A DNA stretch of 64,000 nucleotides from Candidatus Omnitrophota bacterium (lineage in GTDB: Bacteria; Omnitrophota; Gorgyraeia; 2-01-FULL-45-10), in assembly GCA_026387175.1 (NCBI GenBank), contig JAPLME010000012.1:69849-133848 (forward strand), given 5' to 3'. Every line of letters begins with the position of its first letter. Position 1 is the first letter of the stretch. The position numbers and the translations under genes are program-made. Below the pieces are notes generated by a model, which was given only the letters and a program-made list of their open reading frames with translations, was not told the DNA's origin and did no database searches. Of this stretch, positions 28,276 to 36,426 are shown one piece after another.

Positions 28276-30879
28276 ATGTTATTTAGAAGACTTGCTTTAT
28301 TTATAATTATATCCTTTCTGGGAATTTCGGCGGCATTCTGCCAGAACCTTGCATGGGAAGATCTCAGTAAACAATCATGGGAGTCCGCTAAAAAGGGTAA
28401 TTTCCCGGAAGCCATTGATGTCGCGATCAAAGCGCTGAATGTCGCCACCGAGCGGTATGGCCCGCGGCATAATAACGTCATAATATCCCTGAACCAGATA
28501 GCGTCTATATATAAGGCGCACGAAAGATACAGGGAGGCGGAACCGTTTTTAAAGAAAGCGCTCGCCGTGAGAGCTCTTTTGGTAAGTGACCCTATTTCTA
28601 GAGAGGATTACGCGGACATATATACGGCCATGAAGAACCTTTACGATATATATAAACTTCAGAATAAATTAGCGCGGGCGGGAAAAGTTTTGAATCGCGC
28701 TATAATGATCGAAGAGAAGTTCGCGTTCAGGAACAATTCCGGCGTTGAATCGGACATAAGAGAGCTGATATCCATATATGAGGCTCAGGATAAGCCGCAG
28801 AGGACAGAGCCTCTATATAAGAAGCTGATGGAGCTGGAAGAGAAACGGTATGGCGCTCATAGCGCCGAGGTCACCAATACGATGAATAATCTGGCTTCCG
28901 CTTACAGGGCCATGAAAAAATATTCGCAAGCCGAACCGCTTCTCAGGTCCGTAATAGAATCGGCCGAGAGTGTTCACGACGGCCCCGCCAGCCAGAATCT
29001 CCCGACATATCTTAATAACCTCGGGACAGTCTATTTCTATCAGGGGAAACTTGCCGAAGCGGAACCGCTTTTTAAGAGAGCGCTTGATATAGATGAGAAG
29101 GCCCTGGGAGCAGCTTCACCCGACATCGTCACAGACCTGAATAACATTGCCACTCTTTATTCATATCAAAAAAAATATCAGGAAGCGGAAGAGCTTTATA
29201 ACAGAGTCCTCGATATAAATGAGAAGGCGTACGGCGCCGACAGCGCCAAACTGATAAAATATATGAATAATATCGCGGCGATATTAACGTACCAGAAGAA
29301 ATATAATGACGCGGAAGGTCTTTATAAGAAAACGCTGGAGATAAGCGAGAAGTCGTTAGGGCCCGATCATTCCACCACAGCCATAGCTCTAAATAATCTG
29401 GCGTTTGTGTATGAAGCCAGAGAAGAATACGCCGAGGCCGAAAGGCTTTATTCCAGATCGGCCCTGATATGCGAGAAGGACCTCGATAAAAATTACTCTA
29501 CGATGAAGACAGCTATTAATAACCTCGTCGCTATCTACAAGATCCAGAACAGGACGCCCGAGGCCGAACAGGCTCTGCGCAGATTGATCGCCGCGCGCGA
29601 AGGCGCTAAAAAAAAAGATAATTCCGATTCCATCCCTGCCATAAAAGAGCTGATCGCGTTATACGCCTCCCAAAATAATTTTAAGATGATGGAAGACAGC
29701 TACCTGAAACTTATACTTATGGAAGCGAATGTCTTTGGCCCCGAAAGCGCGGAGCTTATTAACACAATGAACGAGTTGGCGGGTATTTACAGGAGCCGGA
29801 AAAAAATGTCCGAGGCGGAACCGCTGCTTAAAAGGGTGGTGGCGATAGCTCAAGACGTCGAAGGGCTGCCAGGGTCGAGCCTCTCAATCTATCTTAATAA
29901 CCTCGGCGCTTCATATTTTTATCAGGGCAAATTCGCTGAAGCCGAGCCCATTCTTAAAAAAGCGCTTGTCCTGGACGAAAAAGCGCTGGGCAAAGACAGC
30001 TCCGAGATGATAACGCCTCTCAATAACCTTGCCACCGTGTATTCCTATCAGAAGAAATACAGAGAAGCGGAAGCTCTTTACAATAGGGTTCTTGAGATAT
30101 CCAAAAAGACGTTAGGCCCGGAGAACATCGGCACAAGCTCAGCGCTCAATAATCTGGCCTATCTTTATGAGTCGGAGGAAAATTACGACGAAGCTGCGAA
30201 GTTTTATAACAGTGCCGTAGAGATATGCGAAAAAGACATGAAGGGCAATTATTCCGAACTTAAGTATTCGCTCAACGGCCTCGCCAACATTTACAGAAGC
30301 CAGGGCAAATATGAAGATGCCGAATCGTATTTGAAGAAAATCCTCGCGATAGAGGAAAAGGTCGCGGGAGCCCAGAGCGCGGATCTAGCGGATACGTTGA
30401 ATTCTCTCGCCAGGCTTTACAGGGCGCAGGGGCGTTATTCGGAAGCGGAGGCTGCGCTCAAGAACGCTATAGAGATAGGCGAAAAGGCCCTGGGGGCGAA
30501 TAGCCCGTCCATGAAACCTTACCTGAACAATCTTGCTACAGTATATTTTTATCAGAAAAGGTATGATGACGCGGAGCCGCTCCTTGAAAAGGTCCTTGAT
30601 ATAGATGAACAGTCAACGGGCATGGACAGCGCCGGCCTTATAAAAGACCTGAATAATCTGGCGGCGGTGTATTCGAGCCAGAAAAAATTCGGAGACGCCG
30701 AGTTACTTTACGCAAGGGCGGCATATATATGCCAGAATTTCAGCAATGACCCGAGAGAGCTTTCCAGCGTGCTCGAAAACATGGCCAATATGTACGAGCT
30801 GAGCGATGATTCAGGAAGAGCTGATACATTACGGAAGCAATCCGAAGCAATAACCGCAAAAATAGCAACTCCGCAGTAA
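28276..30879 (+). CDS. Secreted TPR protein (42-aa kinesin-light-chain-type repeats)
   Basis: Signal peptide; many LNNLA..Y..Q.KY.EAE.L..RAL.I.EK..G units. Confidence 0.92.
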   Translation: MLFRRLALFIIISFLGISAAFCQNLAWEDLSKQSWESAKKGNFPEAIDVAIKALNVATERYGPRHNNVIISLNQIASIYKAHERYREAEPFLKKALAVRALLVSDPISREDYADIYTAMKNLYDIYKLQNKLARAGKVLNRAIMIEEKFAFRNNSGVESDIRELISIYEAQDKPQRTEPLYKKLMELEEKRYGAHSAEVTNTMNNLASAYRAMKKYSQAEPLLRSVIESAESVHDGPASQNLPTYLNNLGTVYFYQGKLAEAEPLFKRALDIDEKALGAASPDIVTDLNNIATLYSYQKKYQEAEELYNRVLDINEKAYGADSAKLIKYMNNIAAILTYQKKYNDAEGLYKKTLEISEKSLGPDHSTTAIALNNLAFVYEAREEYAEAERLYSRSALICEKDLDKNYSTMKTAINNLVAIYKIQNRTPEAEQALRRLIAAREGAKKKDNSDSIPAIKELIALYASQNNFKMMEDSYLKLILMEANVFGPESAELINTMNELAGIYRSRKKMSEAEPLLKRVVAIAQDVEGLPGSSLSIYLNNLGASYFYQGKFAEAEPILKKALVLDEKALGKDSSEMITPLNNLATVYSYQKKYREAEALYNRVLEISKKTLGPENIGTSSALNNLAYLYESEENYDEAAKFYNSAVEICEKDMKGNYSELKYSLNGLANIYRSQGKYEDAESYLKKILAIEEKVAGAQSADLADTLNSLARLYRAQGRYSEAEAALKNAIEIGEKALGANSPSMKPYLNNLATVYFYQKRYDDAEPLLEKVLDIDEQSTGMDSAGLIKDLNNLAAVYSSQKKFGDAELLYARAAYICQNFSNDPRELSSVLENMANMYELSDDSGRADTLRKQSEAITAKIATPQ

Positions 30880-31000
30880 AGCGCCAGTTAAAGCCACTGT
30901 TAACCATGAAAAAGTAAGCTTTATATCCCATCTCCTTAAATAGTCTTGTGATATACTTCTAATTGGGTTAAGTAATTATAAAGTTAACCAATTTAAAAGT

Positions 31001-31381
31001 ATGGATAAAATAAAATTATCGATTTCCATATTATTGATAGTAGCCGTCGCAAGCTCCCTGGGCTTTGCGGAAATATTTGAGACGGGTATTGCGAGTTATT
31101 ACTCTTATGAATGCGCGAAATCTCCCATGGCAAATGGTAAGCCATTCGATCCGGAGAAGAGGACATGCGCGAGCTGGTTTTACGATTTTGGGACGGTGTT
31201 ATCCGTGCAAAGCCTCGATACCGGACGCTCTACGTATGTTGTTGTGACAGACCGCGGGCCGAATAAAAGGCTTGTGAAAAAAGGAAGAGTGATAGACTTA
31301 TCAAAGAGAGCATTCGAAGATATCTGCGATTTAAAGAAAGGTTTTACACGAGTTATCATCACTGTAAAGACCCGCCTATAG
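31001..31381 (+). CDS. RlpA-family lytic transglycosylase (DPBB domain only)
   Basis: GIASYY, MANG..FD, FGT.L.V, VTDRGP, RVIDLS..AF. Confidence 0.88.
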   Translation: MDKIKLSISILLIVAVASSLGFAEIFETGIASYYSYECAKSPMANGKPFDPEKRTCASWFYDFGTVLSVQSLDTGRSTYVVVTDRGPNKRLVKKGRVIDLSKRAFEDICDLKKGFTRVIITVKTRL

Positions 31382-31400
31382 ATAATAATATTATCAAATC

Positions 31401-31429
31401 TTGACAATACTATATTCATTAGGTATACT
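31401..31429 (+). promoter_or_regulatory. Sigma70-type promoter of the ROK gene
   Basis: TTGACA-17 bp-TATACT. Confidence 0.75.
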
Positions 31430-31437
31430 TAATTCAA

Positions 31438-31454
31438 AAGTTAGTTACTAACTT
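31438..31454. promoter_or_regulatory. Perfect 17-bp palindrome, candidate ROK operator
   Basis: AAGTTAGT-T-ACTAACTT just downstream of the -10 box. Confidence 0.55.
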
Positions 31455-31491
31455 CAGGAAGTTATGGTTTTTTATATATGGAGTTAAGAAA

Positions 31492-32616
31492 ATGAAAATA
31501 GAGAGAAATTATTTTTTCACCTGTCAAGAGCTGAATGACAAAGAAAAAAGGAATTTGTTAATATACGACTTGATAAGAAAAAAAGGCGTGATATCCCGGG
31601 CGGAGATTACTAAAGCCACCGGGATAAACGCGGTATCGGTCTCCAATTACGTAAATAATTTTATTGAAAAGAAGATGGTTCTCGAAAAAGGATTTGATGT
31701 ATCCTCCGGCGGAAGAAAGCCGGAACTCGTTGAGCTCGATTCCGAATCGAACTACGTTATAGGTATAAATATCGGTAAGGCTAATATACGGAGCGTGGTC
31801 GCGGATATCGGATTAAGCGTGAAAGCCAGGAAGCAGGTTTCCAGGCCATCGGACCGGGGAATGTCCGGAGAGATCGTTAAATTAATAGAAGAGATCATCC
31901 GCGATTCCAAGATCAGCGCTTCAAATATAAAAGCTATAGGACTGGGCGTATCGGCCGCAAAATTTGATCAGGCCGCCGGCGTAATCAAAAAAGAGACCGG
32001 CATAGACGCGTATGCAGGTCCTTCCGCTGTGTGCGCGGCTTTCGCGGAGAAGCGCTTTAATAAGGCCGCGGAAAACTTCGAGAATATGTTATATATATAT
32101 TCGGACGTCGGCGAAGGCGTTATGACGCGCGGCGAAGCGTATCTGAGCGCGTCGGAAGATGCGGAGCTTTTGGACGGGAAGCTCAGGTACTTAAGGCCAT
32201 GGGATGATTATTTAAGCATAGTGGAGAGCGCGAAGCGCGAAGTGGCCAGAGGCGTGGGGACCAAAATCGTGAGCCTGGCCAGCGGAAGAATGGATAACAT
32301 AACAAAAGAAGTAGTAGTAGCTGCCGCGAAAGCCGATGACGAAGTCGCGCTTAACATAGCGTTCGGCGTCGGTATAAACCTGGGACTAAGGATAGCGTAT
32401 CTAATCAATCTTTTCACCCCCGAAGTTATAGTGATAGGGGACGGCCTCCAGGATACCGGCGATATAATATTCATGCCGCTCAAAAAGATGATAGAGCGGC
32501 TATCTTATAGAAACAATATGAAAAATCTGAAGATAATATTGGGCGCTTTCGGTGAAGACGCGCCTGAAATCGGAGCGGCATCGCTCGCTGTCAGAGAAAT
32601 ATTTCTTAAAGCGTAA
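31492..32616 (+). CDS. ROK family transcriptional regulator (NagC/XylR-like)
   Basis: HTH ISRAEI...TGI...SVS, SSGGRKP, LINLFTPEVIVIG, GAASL. Lacks the EIGH/CxCGxxGC motif. Confidence 0.88.
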   Translation: MKIERNYFFTCQELNDKEKRNLLIYDLIRKKGVISRAEITKATGINAVSVSNYVNNFIEKKMVLEKGFDVSSGGRKPELVELDSESNYVIGINIGKANIRSVVADIGLSVKARKQVSRPSDRGMSGEIVKLIEEIIRDSKISASNIKAIGLGVSAAKFDQAAGVIKKETGIDAYAGPSAVCAAFAEKRFNKAAENFENMLYIYSDVGEGVMTRGEAYLSASEDAELLDGKLRYLRPWDDYLSIVESAKREVARGVGTKIVSLASGRMDNITKEVVVAAAKADDEVALNIAFGVGINLGLRIAYLINLFTPEVIVIGDGLQDTGDIIFMPLKKMIERLSYRNNMKNLKIILGAFGEDAPEIGAASLAVREIFLKA

Positions 32617-32728
32617 AAGGCCGATGTCGGAGACATCGGCACTTAGCTTGTAATGCGGCTTAATAAACTTGACCGATGTCGGAGACATCGGCACTTAGCC
32701 TGTAATATGGCTGAATAAACTTGGAGGA
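32615..32728 (+). repeat. 52-bp two-hairpin intergenic repeat, copies 2 and 3 in tandem
   Basis: Units begin CCGATGTCGGAGACATCGGCACTTAGC at 32621 and 32673; the second ends in GGAGGA, 5 bp before ATG 32734. Confidence 0.9.
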
Positions 32729-32733
32729 AAAGT

Positions 32734-33087
32734 ATGTCTGAAGAGAAAAATTGCAGGCTCTGCGGAAAACCGTTCCTTGCCAATAAGTACAGACCCAATC
32801 AGACGATCTGTTCTTCGCTCGAATGCCAATATCAGAGGCAGCTGGAGAATATGAAACAGTGGCGCGATCGAAACCCCCAGTACTTCAAGTATAAAGAAAG
32901 CCAGGATTCCTCCTGGAAAGAGACCTGCAGGCAGCGATCGCTCGAATGGCGCAAGCGCCATATGGACTATCTGAAACTCTACAGAGAAGAGCATAGAGAG
33001 CGCCATCGTAATTACATGAGAGATTACATGAGGCAGTATAGAAAGCAGAAGGGCGTCGGGGAAACAAAAGACTGGAAGGCCGAATAA
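32734..33087 (+). CDS. Hypothetical basic protein with N-terminal CxxC...CxxxxC zinc-finger-like motif
   Basis: CRLCGKPF...QTICSSLEC followed by R/K/Y/W-rich helices. Confidence 0.7.
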   Translation: MSEEKNCRLCGKPFLANKYRPNQTICSSLECQYQRQLENMKQWRDRNPQYFKYKESQDSSWKETCRQRSLEWRKRHMDYLKLYREEHRERHRNYMRDYMRQYRKQKGVGETKDWKAE

Positions 33088-33095
33088 ACTTTCCC

Positions 33096-35099
33096 ATGCC
33101 CATATTTAAACACGCGGTAAAGATCATAATATCAGCCACACTTATTTTCGGCTTATCGGCCTGGAGCACCGTTTTCGCGAGCCAGCTTGGTTCTAAAGAA
33201 GAACTTAATCTGGACCTTAATCCCGTCGTGCCTGAGGCCGAGACCTCTGAACCGAAGGCTCCCGCAAAAACAACTCCACAGCCTACAATTGTAAAAAAGG
33301 CCCCCGCGCCGATCCCTGAGCTTCCCAAAAAAGAGATTGCCGAACAGAAGCCGGACATGAATAAAGCCGCCGTGGCGCCTGTAGTGTCGCCGAAAGCGCC
33401 AGTGGTTGCGCCAAAAACACCGGCAGTCGCGCCGAAAGCAATGCCGAAAGATACGGTGAAGAAGGCCGAGCCTGTCGCGCCGCAGACAATAAAAACTCAG
33501 CCGATAAAAGTGACAGAGAAAAGCGCTGAAGAGATGAAGCCGCCGGAAGTGAAGAAGCCGGTAGAGAGTAAAGTCGAGATCATAAAGCCTCCCAAAATAA
33601 GTAAAGTAAGCAGGAAGCCTTATGAGAAGGGATCGGGAATTGTCAATAAATGGTTTGGCCTCGAAACCGGAGTGGAAAAGATGGGCTCGCCCCGCGGCGT
33701 CAATCCGCAGATAAATCCGGTTCCGAGCTTCGGCGACGTATTTACTCTTGACGATTGTATAAGCATCGCGATAAAGAATGACATCCCTTTACAGGTATCG
33801 GAGAAGAGCGTAAAGCTCGCGCAGATGAGAATTATTGAGGCCCGGCGCAATATGCTGCCTTCGGTCACCGTAGCCTTTGAGCCATACACCGGAAAAGTCA
33901 ATGAACGGAACTATATAGGGAGAAAACAGTACATAGAGGGCAAACAGCCGCTCTACCACGGCGGTGAATTATACTACACTTTAAAACAGGCAGAGACAAA
34001 CCTTGAGATAACGAAGACCGAAGGGGATAAGATAAAAAATGAGCTCGTGCTCCAGGTCAAAAAGGCTTACTATACTCTCGCGAAGACGGAGGATAACCTG
34101 CGTATGCAGACAGAGCTCTCCGGCGAAGTCGAACGTATTTTCCAAATGGTCAACGACCAGTATGATGCCAATGTCGCTTCCAAACTGGAGCTTCTTAATG
34201 TGAGCTCGCAGGCAAGCCAGGTCAAATTTCAATTCGCTTCCGCGGAAGGCGATGTCTCTGTGGCGGAATTGATATTAAAGCAGGCGATGAATATAGATCC
34301 GGAAATAAAGATAAACGTGAAACCAAAACTCGCGTTTAATAGAGTAAAAGTGAGATATGAAGACGCGCTGACGGCAGCTTTTATGAACAGGCCGGAGGTG
34401 AAGACCAACCTGCTGATGATAGAATATTATACTTACGGCAAAAAGATAGCCGCATCCAAGAGCCTGCCAAAAGTAGATCTTATGGGAAGCTGGGGCTACG
34501 CGAAGGAATATTTTACACCACTGGATAACGCGTGGGCCGATACAGGTTTTCCCGGACAGACCCCTATATATCCGGAGCAGAAGCTCGAAGAGCAGTGGTA
34601 CGCCGGAGTAAAGGCATCGGTTCCGTTCTGGGGATCCACCGCGGAATATTCCTTTACCAAAGAACAGTGGACTCCGGTGATAAGCGCGTACCAGGGGACA
34701 GAGGCCACCACAAATTCTTATAAACTGAAGCTCTTCGACAATCTCGCCATGTACTCCGATAAACAGCTCTCGGAAGTAGACTTTGACAGGGCAAGACAGG
34801 AACTTAACAAGATAAAGCAGGATGTCACTCTCGAGGTGAAAGAACAGTGTTTCAATTACCAGAAAGCGCTTATACAGCTCGATACGGCTTCCAATAAAGT
34901 AAGGTACCAGGAAAATGACTTCGAATTTACGAAAACGAAACGCTCGCTCGATGAGGCGCCGGACTCCGGCGTCATAGAGAGCATGATAAAGCTTTTTCAG
35001 GAGAGATTCGGGTATGTGCAGGCTTTAGCGGATTGTCATACGGCCATAGCAAGTATAAATAAAGCGATCGGCATCGAAGATTATTTTAAGGATGAATAA
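33096..35099 (+). CDS. TolC-family outer membrane factor with long Pro/Lys/Ala-rich N-terminal extension
   Basis: Signal peptide; FTLDDCISIAIKN, MLPSV, QPLYHGG, VKKAYY, NRPEVK, LPKVDL, WYAGVKASVPFW. Confidence 0.85.
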   Translation: MPIFKHAVKIIISATLIFGLSAWSTVFASQLGSKEELNLDLNPVVPEAETSEPKAPAKTTPQPTIVKKAPAPIPELPKKEIAEQKPDMNKAAVAPVVSPKAPVVAPKTPAVAPKAMPKDTVKKAEPVAPQTIKTQPIKVTEKSAEEMKPPEVKKPVESKVEIIKPPKISKVSRKPYEKGSGIVNKWFGLETGVEKMGSPRGVNPQINPVPSFGDVFTLDDCISIAIKNDIPLQVSEKSVKLAQMRIIEARRNMLPSVTVAFEPYTGKVNERNYIGRKQYIEGKQPLYHGGELYYTLKQAETNLEITKTEGDKIKNELVLQVKKAYYTLAKTEDNLRMQTELSGEVERIFQMVNDQYDANVASKLELLNVSSQASQVKFQFASAEGDVSVAELILKQAMNIDPEIKINVKPKLAFNRVKVRYEDALTAAFMNRPEVKTNLLMIEYYTYGKKIAASKSLPKVDLMGSWGYAKEYFTPLDNAWADTGFPGQTPIYPEQKLEEQWYAGVKASVPFWGSTAEYSFTKEQWTPVISAYQGTEATTNSYKLKLFDNLAMYSDKQLSEVDFDRARQELNKIKQDVTLEVKEQCFNYQKALIQLDTASNKVRYQENDFEFTKTKRSLDEAPDSGVIESMIKLFQERFGYVQALADCHTAIASINKAIGIEDYFKDE

Positions 35100-35135
35100 A
35101 ATTTATCAGGACACAAAAAAAGGGGCGCTTCATAT

Positions 35136-36338
35136 ATGGACATAAAAAATAAGAAGAAATTTCTTTTTATCGCGATTGTCGCGGTAGTGGCGGTGGTAAT
35201 CCTGGTAAGGACGACCGGGAACATCCAGAAGGCGATATTCAAGAAAAAACCCAGCGCCGCCGGCAAGGTCCCCGCCGTAAGTTTCGAAGAGGAAGTTACG
35301 CCGGTAAAGGTCTATAAGGTCAGGCGCATGGATTTTAAAGATACGCTGCCGGCCATAGGAAACATAAAAGGTTTCAAAGAAGTCGATCTTCGCTTTCAGG
35401 CGGCGGGCGTTATAGAGAGCATGAACTTTGAGGAAGGCGAGAAGATCCAGGAAGGCGACATCATAGCGAGCGTTGTGCAGAAGGACGCGCTCTTAAAACT
35501 AAAATATGCTGAAGTTGAATTGAATAAAAATAAGAGGCTCTTCGAGATAGGGGCGATATCGCCCTTGAAGATGGAGCAGGCCAAGCTTGAATACGAATCC
35601 GCGAAATCGGATCTCGACAAGACAAATATATACGCGATGTACAACGGTTTTATGGGACCAAAGACTTTAGATGTCGGCAGTTACGTAAATCCCAGTACCA
35701 GCGATAAGGTCGGAACATTTATAGTTATGGATAAAGTATACGCCGAGTTCAGCATAATAGAGAAGGACATGCCTAATGTCACATTGGGCCAGAAAGTGGA
35801 TGTATTCGCCGAATCCTATCCCAATAAATCTTTCAGCGGCACTGTCGACAGGATCTCTCCTATTATTGAGGGCCGTTCGCGCACGATGACTATAAAGGTA
35901 GAGCTTGATAATAAAGACGGAATCTTGAAACCCGGATTATTCATCAGGGCGCTCATCTATACGTATGACAAGAAGGACGCGATAGTGGTGCCGACATCCG
36001 CGATGAAGAAGAAGGACGCCGATGTCTTTGTTTACATCGTGACTAAGGAGGAGCCGAAGAAAGAGGTAGTTGAGGAGAAGCCGAAAGAGAAGAAGCGCGG
36101 GCTCTTCGGATTCATGGCCGGAAAGAAGAAGGAGGAGCCGAAGAAAGAGCCGATGGTGAAAGAGAAAGAGGCCCAGTTCGGCACCGTCGAAGTGAGAAAG
36201 ATCAAGATGGGCCATACCACACCGGATCTTATGGAAGTCGACGACGGCGTGAAAGAGGACGATCTCGTGATAGTGGAGGTCCAGGAAGAATTTAAGGATA
36301 AAGCCCGGGTAGAGATATCAGAAGTGCAGGAGACGTAA
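35136..36338 (+). CDS. RND membrane fusion (periplasmic adaptor) protein
   Basis: N-terminal TM; GVIESMNFEEGEKI; YPNKSFSGTVDRISP; LKPGLF; IVVPTSA. Confidence 0.9.
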   Translation: MDIKNKKKFLFIAIVAVVAVVILVRTTGNIQKAIFKKKPSAAGKVPAVSFEEEVTPVKVYKVRRMDFKDTLPAIGNIKGFKEVDLRFQAAGVIESMNFEEGEKIQEGDIIASVVQKDALLKLKYAEVELNKNKRLFEIGAISPLKMEQAKLEYESAKSDLDKTNIYAMYNGFMGPKTLDVGSYVNPSTSDKVGTFIVMDKVYAEFSIIEKDMPNVTLGQKVDVFAESYPNKSFSGTVDRISPIIEGRSRTMTIKVELDNKDGILKPGLFIRALIYTYDKKDAIVVPTSAMKKKDADVFVYIVTKEEPKKEVVEEKPKEKKRGLFGFMAGKKKEEPKKEPMVKEKEAQFGTVEVRKIKMGHTTPDLMEVDDGVKEDDLVIVEVQEEFKDKARVEISEVQET

Positions 36339-36343
36339 TCTTT

Positions 36344-36409
36344 AAAATAGGGACAGCGCCCTATTTGTTTTCGAATAAGTCCGGAAAAATAGGGCGCTGT
36401 CCCTATTTT
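36344..36409. repeat. 23-bp perfect inverted repeat doublet (REPIN/MITE-like)
   Basis: AAAATAGGGACAGCGCCCTATTT, a 20-bp spacer, then AAATAGGGCGCTGTCCCTATTTT. Each arm is itself a small hairpin. Confidence 0.75.
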
Positions 36410-36426
36410 TCAAGAGAAAATAACCA

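Noticed and set aside
32615-32728. Tandem palindromic repeats as a CRISPR array
   Set aside because: Only two abutting 52-bp units, no unique spacers and no cas genes.
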